Part shown: positions 39,768 to 49,597 of the stretch, piece by piece | Layout: each line of letters opens with the position of its first letter | Position numbering within the stretch: the stretch's first letter is position 1 | IMG/VR virus record: IMGVR_UViG_3300012984_000568 | Location: 20,373-84,372 of that record | Direction: 5' to 3' (one strand) | DNA length: 64,000 nucleotides | Origin: a virus | The notes under the pieces: generated by a model | Told to the model about the DNA's origin: nothing | Databases searched by the model: none | Seen by the model: the letters and a program-made list of their open reading frames with translations, nothing else | Made by a program: the position numbers and the translations under genes

Positions 39768-41143
39768 TACGCCACCTTCTTGCTGGTGCGGCCGAGTTGG
39801 CGATCGATTTCGTCAGCGACCTTGTCGCCCTTGTCTTCCGAGGAAGCCTCGGGAGTAGCTGCGGCAGCAGCCGCCGGGGAAGCGCCGGCGACAACTGCGC
39901 CAGCGGCGTCAGAATCGTCCTGGCGAGCACCACGCGATGCGCGGTTCATCCCAGCAGCCATGTACTTGGCTTGCAGGGTTGCGGTCATTGCGGTGCCGGC
40001 GTTGATGGCGGCAATTGCCGTCGGCATGTCGCCAGATGCTTCGCCCATGGTGAGGTGGGCGCAGACGCGATCGCGCTCTTGAGTGACGCCCTGAGCCAGC
40101 ACCGCCGCGTGAAGTTCCGGGTGCTGCGCGAGCAGTTCTTTCTCGTTCATTTTGGTCTTTCTGCTTTCGTGCCCGGGTTCCCGGGGCGGTGATGGTGGCG
40201 GCTCCGCGGCGGCCGAGACCGACGGGGGCTGCTGCGGTGCAGGCGCGCCATTGTTGGCGGCCGCAACTCTTGACGCGGGGGTCGGGTCAACCTCGACTTC
40301 ATCGTCACCGGAGGCCTTGGTGCCGCGCTTAGGCTTCTTTGGCTTCTTGTCGATGAGTCCAGCTTCGAAGGCCGCCGCGGCCAGCATCGTGGCGCCGCGG
40401 CCGAAGTCACTGTTGACGCGCTCGACCGTGAACTGCATGCCAGTGGCATTGGTGCGCCCCCGAGCGATCGCATCAGCGAACAGCTCGTGGCAGGCATCGA
40501 GTTCCGCCACGATGACCGCCTTGCCATCGGGCGTGCGGGGGTCCGGGCGCTTGTTCGGCGCCGGCGTACTCGTCACATTGATGATCTCCTGGTCGGCCCA
40601 GAAGCTGTAGGTCTGCACGACTCCAATGCTGCCGAACTCGGACGCTGGACCTAGCGGGGTGATTGGCCCTGCCATGGCGGCTAGTGCGTAGGCGGCGGAG
40701 CACGCTAGCGACGCCTGCACAGCGATCGGCTTGCCAAACGCCTCGATCGCCGAGAGCGTGTCGAACATTCCGTCGCAGTAGCCGCCGGGGCTGTGTACGT
40801 CGAGAATCACGCTCTGGACGTTCGGATCGGCTCCGGCGAGCGCGAAGGAGTCGCGAATGTCCTGATAGCAGGTCTGATCTTCACCCATCAGCCACGCCCA
40901 AAAGTCGGGCGTTTCGGAGAGCACGCCCGCGACGCGGATTTGCGCAACGGTACCGACAACTGCGTAGTTTTCAGGATCGGACGAGGACGCGGCTCGAGCG
41001 CCTTCGACTGTAGCCGAGTAACGCGGGCGCGCAGCGAGCGCGGCGTTGAAGTCCTCGCGTTGCTTGATCGAAAGAGAGAGGCCCGACTTGTACAGCCGAC
41101 CGATTTTCTCGGCGACGTCCGGGCGCAGGAACATTTGAAGCAT
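39767..41143 (-). CDS. S49 prohead protease with C-terminal scaffold
   Basis: LDVHSPGG, ACSAAYALA, GSIGV motifs; scaffold-like GVTQERDR tail. Confidence 0.9.
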   Translation of the reverse strand: MLQMFLRPDVAEKIGRLYKSGLSLSIKQREDFNAALAARPRYSATVEGARAASSSDPENYAVVGTVAQIRVAGVLSETPDFWAWLMGEDQTCYQDIRDSFALAGADPNVQSVILDVHSPGGYCDGMFDTLSAIEAFGKPIAVQASLACSAAYALAAMAGPITPLGPASEFGSIGVVQTYSFWADQEIINVTSTPAPNKRPDPRTPDGKAVIVAELDACHELFADAIARGRTNATGMQFTVERVNSDFGRGATMLAAAAFEAGLIDKKPKKPKRGTKASGDDEVEVDPTPASRVAAANNGAPAPQQPPSVSAAAEPPPSPPREPGHESRKTKMNEKELLAQHPELHAAVLAQGVTQERDRVCAHLTMGEASGDMPTAIAAINAGTAMTATLQAKYMAAGMNRASRGARQDDSDAAGAVVAGASPAAAAAATPEASSEDKGDKVADEIDRQLGRTSKKVA

Positions 41144-41145
41144 TT

Positions 41146-42798
41146 TTAGGCGGCTCTCTCGAGGCGAAGGCGCGTGCGGGCGAGCTCGATATCCTCGAGT
41201 GCGTCGAGCGCATCTTGGCCTTCGGCGAAATCGTCTTGTGGTTTGCTCTCGTCGGCCGCTGGCTGCTTTGGCGCTTTTGTGGCGGCTTCCAGGGCAGCAA
41301 GCGGGGCGTTCGCAGCAGCGATCAGCTCGTTTTCTCGCTTTAGCTTTGGCGCGTTCTTCGAGAACTTAGTCCCGAACGTTTCGCGCGCCGCGCGATCACG
41401 GGTCATGAAGCCTTCTTTGACGGCTTCCGCGTACCCCTTGACCATCTTCATGATGTCGACCGACGGCTTGATTTGCCCGGTCCAATCGCTAGATGTCCAC
41501 GCCGCGAAGATGTCGAACTTCGACCAATCGCGCCAAGCTTCAATGAAGCCGTCTGCTCGCACGCGCCCAGCAAGCGTCTCAGCTAGGAGCCACTCCGTGT
41601 AAATCGGCTGGCAGAAGTTGTCTCCGAATTCCTGACGAACCTTGTTCAGGTACATCTTGAATTCGTTGATGGCGGCCTGCGAAGCGCTGTAGTTCGAGTT
41701 GAAAGAGAGCAGCAGAATCTCGGGCGGCATCTCGTGCGCCCACGCAATTCCCTGGATGATCGCGGCTTCGAACACACCGAACGTCTCGACGGTGCCGTTC
41801 GACTGGAAAGCCTGAGGCTTTTCGCCTTTTTGCAGCTGCTCGATCACGAGCCCTGGAACGTGCTGGGCGGTTCTGAATGCGCGATCTGGACCAGAAGACT
41901 CCGAGGAAGCGACCTCGACACCATTCTTGGTTGCGCTGCGTGTCAGCGGACGGGACGACACAGCGTCCTCGCCCTTCTCGATATACATCGCGAGGCAACT
42001 GAGGATGAACGCCTTGCGTTGCGTGCTGTCTCTGAAGCGATCGATCTCCTTCAAGCTTTGCAGGACGAGCGACAGCAACGGCTTGCCGCGGACGTCGTCC
42101 ATGCGCTTGTCGGTGCCGTAAAGCAGCCAAGCTAGCCGGCGCCCAGACTTTTCCCCGAAAGCCGGTAGCCGCTTCGACGTACCGTCGGGCTGCCGCACCC
42201 AATAGGCCACCTGGCGACCCATCGAGTCGACCTCAACACCATGCTTGATTTCGTTCCCGCCTTGAGGGCTTGCTTCAATTGGAGTCTGGACGGCCTCCCC
42301 GTTGATCAGCTGCACGCGCGGGAGCTGCGTGCGGGGGTCCTGACGCAGCAGCACAAGCACATCGCCGGCGACGAGCGCTTCGGTGCGCGCGATCGCTTGG
42401 AGCGCACCGAACGTTAGCTTTTCGCCCTGGTCACAGAGCCATGCGTTGGAGCGCCAAAGCGAGAAGCGGTTCTCCGTCTCTTCGGTCCAGTCCGCGAGCT
42501 CGTCCTCAGCGAAACCGAGGATCGCCTCCTCTGGAGTGGCCTCGAGGTGCAACCCGACGTTGATTTCGTTCGTGACGAGACGGCGAATCAGGCCGCGGGC
42601 GTACAGGTTTTTTTCGTACAGCTCCGCACTGCGGCGCCGAAGGGTCCAGTAGTCCGGAATCAGGACTTCAGTCGCGCCGAATCCGCCGGCGAACTTGGAA
42701 CCGTCATCCCACGAGAAACGGACATCGGGGAGTTGCCCGAGCGTTAGTTTCGGAACTTTCGGCCGAAACCAGCTCTTTACGACGTCGACGATGTACAT
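41146..42798 (-). CDS. Portal protein, lambda family
   Basis: LRRRS.EL..N..ARG, GVEVD..GR.VAYW, RG.P.L, NYSASQ. Confidence 0.9.
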   Translation of the reverse strand: MYIVDVVKSWFRPKVPKLTLGQLPDVRFSWDDGSKFAGGFGATEVLIPDYWTLRRRSAELYEKNLYARGLIRRLVTNEINVGLHLEATPEEAILGFAEDELADWTEETENRFSLWRSNAWLCDQGEKLTFGALQAIARTEALVAGDVLVLLRQDPRTQLPRVQLINGEAVQTPIEASPQGGNEIKHGVEVDSMGRQVAYWVRQPDGTSKRLPAFGEKSGRRLAWLLYGTDKRMDDVRGKPLLSLVLQSLKEIDRFRDSTQRKAFILSCLAMYIEKGEDAVSSRPLTRSATKNGVEVASSESSGPDRAFRTAQHVPGLVIEQLQKGEKPQAFQSNGTVETFGVFEAAIIQGIAWAHEMPPEILLLSFNSNYSASQAAINEFKMYLNKVRQEFGDNFCQPIYTEWLLAETLAGRVRADGFIEAWRDWSKFDIFAAWTSSDWTGQIKPSVDIMKMVKGYAEAVKEGFMTRDRAARETFGTKFSKNAPKLKRENELIAAANAPLAALEAATKAPKQPAADESKPQDDFAEGQDALDALEDIELARTRLRLERAA

Positions 42799-43061
42799 CA
42801 GAAGCCTGGCACTACGTGCGTCGATCCGGTGCGGCAGAGCATCGACTCAAGCATGGTGACCTGATTGAACAACCACGCGGCGTGCTCACGCATCGAGGTG
42901 AGATTCAGTCTGGTCACAAGGTGACGCGTTTGCCCGCTGTCGAATTGGTAGCTGGCCATCCCGTCTACAGCGACCTTCGCGATCGCCGTGTTGAGCGACG
43001 CGAGCTGAAGCTTGAACGCCGCGAGCTGCGTCGAAAGCGTCTCGTCGCAGGAGTCGGCCAT
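42798..43061 (-). CDS. Head-tail joining protein gpW-like
   Basis: 87 aa between terminase and portal; SY.FDSGQTR..VTR. Confidence 0.7.
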   Translation of the reverse strand: MADSCDETLSTQLAAFKLQLASLNTAIAKVAVDGMASYQFDSGQTRHLVTRLNLTSMREHAAWLFNQVTMLESMLCRTGSTHVVPGF

Positions 43062-43064
43062 TGT

Positions 43065-45095
43065 TCAGTTTGGGGCTTCGTAGAAGAAAAGTTGCTGCTC
43101 GATGCAAGCCGAGAAGAATTCATCCCAGTCCACGAACTCGCGCTTTTTCTGCTTCACGCAATAGTCGTGAGCGATCATCTCGAGTGCCGCGTTGGCGTAC
43201 ACAAGACAGTCCCATAGCTCGTTTTTTGCGCCGCTTGGCCGGCGCCATTCAGTCCCGATGCGCTCATTCGTGACAGCGTCGCGCTTCTCGACTTTGACCT
43301 CGACCGTAAGCTCTTTCAGCTGATCGTCGACGACGTCTTGTGGCGCGTTGAAGTGCCCGTGCGGTTGCAGCCCATCGCCGATCCAACTGCGGCGCAAGCG
43401 CGCGCTCCAACGGTCCTTGTAGATGTCGACCGTGATGCCGTAGGCGATGGTGCCCATGGTGGTCGTGAATTCCGAGAATTCTTTGAGGTTCGCGCCCTTC
43501 GGCGGCAGTTCGCGCCCCTTGATCGGGAACACGCCGGCGCCGCAATCAGCGGCGAAGCGATAGACTTGGTCCGTTAGATGACCTGAATCGATGAGCGTGA
43601 GTTCGATCCGGTACCGCTTGCCGTCGTCAGCCTTGTATTCCTTGCTCTCGATGAGTTCGCGCAGCTTGCCCCAAGTCGTTGGACTGTCGGTTTGCTCCGT
43701 ATCGCCGGCGTAACGCCAATAATCGATGAGAAAGGCTCGACCCCCGGTGCACCAACCGAACACAGATACGGCGAGGTTGTCACCGTGCACGTCTACCGTG
43801 CAGACGAGCAGAAGAATCGGGCCGCCCGCGTGCTCTTTTGCCCACTTGTTCGGAATTTCTCCGAACTTGTAGATACCGATGCGTCGATGCGGCGAAACGG
43901 CTTCGAACCGAACGCGGTCACCCTGCGGCTTGAACGGAGCGCCCAGGTCGTTGTTGTAGAACACCTGCAGCTTCTTGACGCTTCGGGCTACGTTCCTTTC
44001 GGGGTCCCACGCTTCAAGAAAATCGCGAACGATCGCTTCCCATGTGCGCATCCCAGGCGGCGAATACAAGCCGCTCAGGTGATAGCTGCGCAGCTGCTCG
44101 TGCTGCGGCTGTACAGTCGGCTTCCACTTCGCTCCGTTTGCCGGTGCGAGCAGCTTGAGCTTGTCGTCGTTGGTGTGCCTGTGACCACATCCTGCGTTTT
44201 CGCAGATGTAGTGCACCGACCCTGGGGTAACGATACGCGTTTCACCTTCACCCTTGTCTGTCTCCCACCAAATTCCGGAGACGGAGCCTGTCAGGTTGTC
44301 GGTGCGATTCCACCGCAACACTTGCGGGAAACCGCAGCGAAGACACCTGATGAAATAATAGCGCTGGTCACCCCGGCGGAAGCGATCGGCGATCCGCGAC
44401 GTGCCCTCCTCGTTCGGTGTTGACCCGTCGAGTAGCTTGTAACTCTTCTCGAAGGAGTTGCAGCGAGCCGCCGACAACTTCATTGGGTCGCCGTCTTTAC
44501 CGACGACGAGAGGCCAAGAGTCGACCTCGTCCCGGCACATGAACCGGATCGGCTGCTGCCGAAACTTGTTCGGCGATTTGGCGCCGTTGGGCAGTAGGGC
44601 GCCGCCACCAGCCCATTCTAGTTTTTTGGCGGTCTTTCCGGTCTTGCGGGCGTTGCCGACGTCCGACGACTGAATCAGATGCGCGAGGCCCGACTCCTCG
44701 AGCATCGGGATGATCGACAAGTCGATGCGCGTCTTCGCGAGGCTGTCGTCACTTGTGACGTACATCATCGCGGCGGTCTTCACGTGCGCGATCGAGTAAC
44801 CGATGAAGTTCTCGAGCACTGCGGTCGTGAAGCCGACCTGCGCGCCTTTCATGACCGCCACTTCGCGCACGGGCGAGGTGACGCTCAGGCAATCAACAAC
44901 CTCCTGCCAGTAGGGAGTTACCGCAAAACGGAACGGCCCGGGCATCGCCGCCGCGGCCTGCGGAAGATAGCGCTCAGACTCCGCCCACTCGGACGGTGTT
45001 TTGAACACCATCCTTGTCGTGAGCGCGCCGAACTGCTGATCGAGAAAGAGTAGCTGGTCCTCAGTCGGTTCGGTTGGCACCGATTGCACGCTCAA
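43065..45095 (-). CDS. Terminase large subunit (GpA family)
   Basis: MKGAQVGFT Walker A variant, DEVD Walker B, STP, DVH and NELWDC nuclease motifs. Confidence 0.93.
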   Translation of the reverse strand: MSVQSVPTEPTEDQLLFLDQQFGALTTRMVFKTPSEWAESERYLPQAAAAMPGPFRFAVTPYWQEVVDCLSVTSPVREVAVMKGAQVGFTTAVLENFIGYSIAHVKTAAMMYVTSDDSLAKTRIDLSIIPMLEESGLAHLIQSSDVGNARKTGKTAKKLEWAGGGALLPNGAKSPNKFRQQPIRFMCRDEVDSWPLVVGKDGDPMKLSAARCNSFEKSYKLLDGSTPNEEGTSRIADRFRRGDQRYYFIRCLRCGFPQVLRWNRTDNLTGSVSGIWWETDKGEGETRIVTPGSVHYICENAGCGHRHTNDDKLKLLAPANGAKWKPTVQPQHEQLRSYHLSGLYSPPGMRTWEAIVRDFLEAWDPERNVARSVKKLQVFYNNDLGAPFKPQGDRVRFEAVSPHRRIGIYKFGEIPNKWAKEHAGGPILLLVCTVDVHGDNLAVSVFGWCTGGRAFLIDYWRYAGDTEQTDSPTTWGKLRELIESKEYKADDGKRYRIELTLIDSGHLTDQVYRFAADCGAGVFPIKGRELPPKGANLKEFSEFTTTMGTIAYGITVDIYKDRWSARLRRSWIGDGLQPHGHFNAPQDVVDDQLKELTVEVKVEKRDAVTNERIGTEWRRPSGAKNELWDCLVYANAALEMIAHDYCVKQKKREFVDWDEFFSACIEQQLFFYEAPN

Positions 45096-45768
45096 CTTCG
45101 CGCGTCATGGGATCGAGCTGAGAGCTGATCAGATCGCGCACCACATCCTCAGCGACTTCGGGCGGTGTGTCCGTGCTCGCCAGCGCGTACACTCGAGCAA
45201 CGAGCGTCTTGGGCAAGTCACCGAGCAGCCTGCGATTGCAGGCTTCGATGCGACCAAACACGTGTGTGCGCACGAGGCTGCGCGCTATGAGCTCGCCTTC
45301 GGTCTCTTCGTTGCCAAGGCGCTTCTCACGGATGACTTCGATTTCCTTGAGCGCTAGCAACCAATCACGGAAAGTGCTCTCGGTGCCGAACCGCTCGAGC
45401 ATCGGCCGAAGCAGCTCTGCGATCCGCTCAAGCTCCTCGGGCGAGCCGTCGAATTGCAGCTCGCCTTCGCCGGCTTCAGGTCGTCGCGCAGTCGGTTTCT
45501 CTGCTCGCTTCGGGCGCCCATCCGCGACCTTCGGCGGTGCCGGCGGCGGCTCCGGCTCGGGTTTCGACTGCCTGGTCGGGGCCCGGGTGGCCTTGGGGAT
45601 TTCTACTCCACGAGACGCCAACCATGCCCGGCAAGCCGGATGGTCGAGGTCGACGCGGTCGCCAGCGGCGGCTGCCGCGAGACCCTTCGCGCACTGCTTG
45701 GTGATCGCGGCTTTGGAAACGCCAGCGAGCTTCGCGAGCTCGGCGCGTGAGATTGTTCGCTGGGGCAT
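45061..45768 (-). CDS. Terminase small subunit
   Basis: N-terminal HTH ISRAELAKLAGVSKAAIT; EGELI motif; directly upstream of GpA. Confidence 0.8.
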   Translation of the reverse strand: MPQRTISRAELAKLAGVSKAAITKQCAKGLAAAAAGDRVDLDHPACRAWLASRGVEIPKATRAPTRQSKPEPEPPPAPPKVADGRPKRAEKPTARRPEAGEGELQFDGSPEELERIAELLRPMLERFGTESTFRDWLLALKEIEVIREKRLGNEETEGELIARSLVRTHVFGRIEACNRRLLGDLPKTLVARVYALASTDTPPEVAEDVVRDLISSQLDPMTREVERAIGANRTD

Positions 45769-45794
45769 ACAACGCCGGCGGGGGCCGGCCGAGG

Positions 45795-45915
45795 AGAGCG
45801 GTTAACGGTTAACGGTGCTTGGTTAACCCCGCGAGGAAAGTCAGATTGTCGTGAGAGGCCGCGGTCGCAATGTTGAACGGCACACCTGGGCGTACAGCGT
45901 TACAGTACCTTTGGA
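45795..45915. promoter_or_regulatory. Candidate cos packaging region
   Basis: Non-coding gap before the small terminase; on the - strand AAAGGTACTG..TTGCGACCGCGG, then three GTTAAC palindromes (45801, 45808, 45822). Confidence 0.5.
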
Positions 45916-45953
45916 ATTTACAGTTAGGGCTGCATTCCACGTATGCTGCAACG

Positions 45954-46649
45954 CTACGTGCCGATGCTGAGCCGCTGCATCTGCTGCGTGAGCGCAGCCT
46001 GCATCATGTGCTCGACCTTGGGCCTTACTGCTGCCACTGAGCGCTCCAAGGTGGGCTCGGGCTTCACCCGCACAGACCCACGTGACACGTCGTACAGCAG
46101 CCGCGTCTTCAGCTTGCGCTTGCCACCACTGATGCTGAACAGCCCCTGGCCACCCCTCGGTCTGGTGAGCAGCACGACCGTCTTGCCCTGCTTGCGGGCC
46201 ACGGCGATGGCGATGGCGTTCTTCTGTCGTCGTCCGCCATGTAGCGCAGGGTGGGCCACCTGCACCGCCCCCAACTTGAAGCGTCCAGCTACCAGCCTGG
46301 TGCGCTTCCCTGAGCCAGCAGCCTGCCCAGCAGCCGAGGGGCCAGGGATAGCCACCACGCGCCGGTTGGCATGCACCACGCCACCGTCCTCCTGAGTGCG
46401 CAGCCAGGGAGCGACGCTGCCCGTCCGCGCTTCGAGCTTGGTGACGCTGGCCTGCTCGACCCGAACCGAGTTGGCCGTGAAGGTGTTGCGGTTCGTGAAC
46501 GTCGACTTGATGTCACGCTGCCAGATCGACCGGACTTCGAAAGCGCACGTGTTGAGCGCGTTCCGAATGGCGAACGGAACGGCCTTGGCCCGCATCTTGG
46601 CCAGGTCGTCCACCATGCGCTTGTCGCCCTTGAGTTCGACGGTGATCAT
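45954..46649 (-). CDS. Basic virion morphogenesis protein (gpZ-like)
   Basis: PFAIRNALN.CAF..F..R..FT.NS motif; upstream of the cos/terminase region. Confidence 0.6.
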   Translation of the reverse strand: MITVELKGDKRMVDDLAKMRAKAVPFAIRNALNTCAFEVRSIWQRDIKSTFTNRNTFTANSVRVEQASVTKLEARTGSVAPWLRTQEDGGVVHANRRVVAIPGPSAAGQAAGSGKRTRLVAGRFKLGAVQVAHPALHGGRRQKNAIAIAVARKQGKTVVLLTRPRGGQGLFSISGGKRKLKTRLLYDVSRGSVRVKPEPTLERSVAAVRPKVEHMMQAALTQQMQRLSIGT

Positions 46650-47118
46650 TGGATTGGGACCAGCCCGCTACTTGCGCGCAAACACTTTCACGGGCCTAGG
46701 TGCGGACTCTGCCTCGGATGGCCTTTGCGAGCCGCCTTCGACGCTCCGACCGTGCTCAACGCCGAGCGCGCGGCATGCGCTGCGCTTCGGCGAATAGTTC
46801 CTCGACCTCTTGGGTGATGCCTGTGCGGCGCCGCTCAGTCGGTCGAGGCTGCTTCCCCTCCAGGAAGTTCCGCAACGATATCGCCCAAAGCGCGTCCGGT
46901 TCCGCTTTGCTCAGCTGTTCGAGCCCAGAGTTTTCGCTGAGCTGCGGTCGGAGGCGGCGGTGTACCGGTGCGGCGCGAAGCGGGGTTGTGTCGGTGATCA
47001 AAGGTGGCGACTTCGGCGGCGAGGCTTGGCCTGTGGTCGTACATGTCGGTGCGTGCGTCCTCGCGCCTAGGCGCGGTCGGCTATGAGTGGGCTGCGGCGC
47101 ATGCGGCGAACGTGCGTC

Positions 47119-47550
47119 CTAAGTGCGTCCAATCTCTTCCAAGAGCGGTGCGATTCGCAGCTGGAATGCCGCGGTTTCACTCGAAATGCGCTCTACGATT
47201 TTTAGCCGCTTCGCGTGGTCTGAAAGCAGCCGCTTGTGGTCGCTGAGGAGTGTGGTGTGCCCCTTTACCTGTCGCCGGAGCGCTCGCTGGTTCTGCGCCA
47301 ACTTGCCGAACTCCACGTCGAGCCGATCGACGGTCGCTTCGTCCGATGGGAGTAGGTAGGCCAGCGCGCTCACGCTGATGAGCATGCGCCGGCCCTCGCG
47401 CTTCGAACAGCGCACGCTCTCGAGCCGCTCGGCGCGCTCGACTAGGCGTCGGGCATATTCGGCACGACGACGCGAGCTCAGTTTGGCCACGCGTGGCGAC
47501 TTCGCTGCCAAGGCATCACCCAATTGGGTGGTGGTGAGCCAGCGCTTCAT
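47119..47550 (-). CDS. Putative DNA-binding protein with coiled coil
   Basis: WLTTTQLGDAL HTH-like start, basic, C-terminal heptads. Confidence 0.5.
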   Translation of the reverse strand: MKRWLTTTQLGDALAAKSPRVAKLSSRRRAEYARRLVERAERLESVRCSKREGRRMLISVSALAYLLPSDEATVDRLDVEFGKLAQNQRALRRQVKGHTTLLSDHKRLLSDHAKRLKIVERISSETAAFQLRIAPLLEEIGRT

Positions 47551-47846
47551 GCGCCCTCTTTTTTGAACAACGCGACGGCCTGCCCTATTACCTCGCTCGC
47601 AAGCGACTTTCTTGCCTTCTTTGGCAGGCAGCCGACCTCACGCTGCTGTCCTACCCAAACCCAATCTGTTGCTGCGGGCGGTCGATGGTCAGCGCGACAA
47701 TGCTCCAATAGGCGCCTGACAAGCGTTGTCTTCAATTCAGGCGCCTTCTTAGAATATCCGGCTTGCACGGAATTGCGGTTCTTAGAGCCTTTACCCCTGG
47801 ATCCCCACGGGCCAACATTGGGCTGCGCAGCGCCAGCGTTCGCCAT

Positions 47847-48743
47847 TTATTGTCCCTCCAGCTCGAATAGGATGCGCGCGCAGGTCCACCACTGCTTGCG
47901 GCGTGTCGCATCAACTGGAACCGGAGACACGTCCATCAGCCGCTCGCCGAAATCCTCCAACGTACGCCTTGGTGTTTCACTGGCGGTTCTAGTCGTCGTC
48001 GGCTTCACAGTCGCTCTAGATGCTGCTGCCTCTTGGGCTTTCTTTTCCTTCATCGCCTCAGCTTCAGCCCGCTGGCGAGCCTCCGCTTCCTGGGTTTTGC
48101 GTCCAAGCTCCAGAGCCGCCAGTCGGCGTTCCTCGGCCTCGCGCACTTTTTCCTTGGTGTAGTCCAGCGCTTTGCTGAGCGGATCGAGCGGACAGTCGAG
48201 CACGTCCGAAACCCTCAACACCACCCCATCGTCAGGAATGACCTCTCCTGACTCGATTGCGTCGAGTTCCTTCAGCTGGATTCGCAACATCTTCGCCATG
48301 GTCTTTGGCTCGATGCCGTTCGTCGTGCGCGCTGAGCGAATCGCAGCGCCGATCCCTTGCGGATCTCGGGCGTGCCCAGAGGGATCAAAAAACGGCGGCG
48401 TGGTGGTCGGGGTAGCGGTCTTTGCCATGATGATCTCTCCAAGATTTGCGGATAGCGGTTTACTTGTTGTTGGCGCCTTGCTTCGCGGAGCAGGAGGCGG
48501 CCGAGGTGGTCCGATTGGCGCAACGGGCGCTGGCGCAATAACCGACTGAGACAACCACTCATCGTCGGTCACCTTGCGGACTGACGCTAAATCGATGGTT
48601 TCATTGCGGCCGTTGATTTTTACGACAACCGTGTACCCGCGCATCTGTACGACGCGACCAGGCAGTTCCGTGACGCTGCCGCTGGTCGTTCGCCAGCGCA
48701 CGACCACGTCTTCGCCGCGATGAAATCTTTTCTTCTCACCCAC
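47847..48743 (-). CDS. XRE-family HTH protein with N-terminal SH3/KOW-like domain
   Basis: GTG 48743 after GGAGG; IGAAIRSARTTNGI...MAKML.I...L..IESG. Confidence 0.7.
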   Translation of the reverse strand: MGEKKRFHRGEDVVVRWRTTSGSVTELPGRVVQMRGYTVVVKINGRNETIDLASVRKVTDDEWLSQSVIAPAPVAPIGPPRPPPAPRSKAPTTSKPLSANLGEIIMAKTATPTTTPPFFDPSGHARDPQGIGAAIRSARTTNGIEPKTMAKMLRIQLKELDAIESGEVIPDDGVVLRVSDVLDCPLDPLSKALDYTKEKVREAEERRLAALELGRKTQEAEARQRAEAEAMKEKKAQEAAASRATVKPTTTRTASETPRRTLEDFGERLMDVSPVPVDATRRKQWWTCARILFELEGQ

Positions 48744-49533
48744 GGGAACCTCCGACGCGCTGCGCGCGCGTTCGCACAGGGTCAGCGCCGGCCTTCGACT
48801 CCGCCCACTCAGCATGGGCCTTTTCGCTAGCCGCCTTCGCAGTGGCGATTGCGCTAGAGCGCAATTCGCGATTGCCCTTCTTTGGCAGCTCACACGCGGC
48901 TAGTAGCTTGTCAGGCGCGGCACTGAGCAAGATCGCGAGACCGGCCCACTCCCCGAGCTCGGCCTCCACGCTAGTGCGACGGACCGCGGACCAAATGCGA
49001 CCCATGGTGCGCTCCCAGCGCGCCAATCTGGCCTCATACTGCTTTTTCTTGATTGGCTTGCCCCGCTTCCCAATCTCCTGGATTGGACGCTCGCCTACTG
49101 GGTGCTGCCCCTTCACGTATTGGTCGCGCGCGCCGTACCCCTCATCACTGCGGAACTCAGCCGGCGGCGGAGCATAGCGCGCCAGCAGCACACGCTGACT
49201 CTCATGGGTGAGAGCGAGCCAGGCCGTGCTCAGCCACCGATGGCGCTCGACCTGGCCGATCTCCTCGCCATTGCGCCCCCAACCCAGCTGGGCGTCCTTG
49301 TAGGGGTGAGTGTTCGGCACGCCACCGCCGGGGCCGCCGCGCTCGAGCTGCGCGATGATGCCGCCAAGCGTGCCCTTCTCACCAAGCGCGGCGTTGCCCG
49401 CCTCCAAGAACCACGCGAGGTCAGGATCGATTCCAGTGCGCGATCGTCGTGGCTTCGCGACGGGCAGCCCCGTCCACACGCGGTCCTTCGCGCTCGTTCG
49501 CTTCTGTGTCTGCATTGCCGCCTCGCTCGCCAT
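48736..49533 (-). CDS. Hypothetical protein, possible late transcription regulator
   Basis: GGAGG RBS; AWLAL..SQRVLLARY resembles a Q/sigma-4-like helix; located upstream of late genes. Confidence 0.4.
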   Translation of the reverse strand: MASEAAMQTQKRTSAKDRVWTGLPVAKPRRSRTGIDPDLAWFLEAGNAALGEKGTLGGIIAQLERGGPGGGVPNTHPYKDAQLGWGRNGEEIGQVERHRWLSTAWLALTHESQRVLLARYAPPPAEFRSDEGYGARDQYVKGQHPVGERPIQEIGKRGKPIKKKQYEARLARWERTMGRIWSAVRRTSVEAELGEWAGLAILLSAAPDKLLAACELPKKGNRELRSSAIATAKAASEKAHAEWAESKAGADPVRTRAQRVGGSRG

Positions 49534-49597
49534 CGTGTAGCCTCCTTGGAGCCGACCAAGCTTCCAAGAGCCTCACGCGAGTGGGGCTTTTGCGTTT

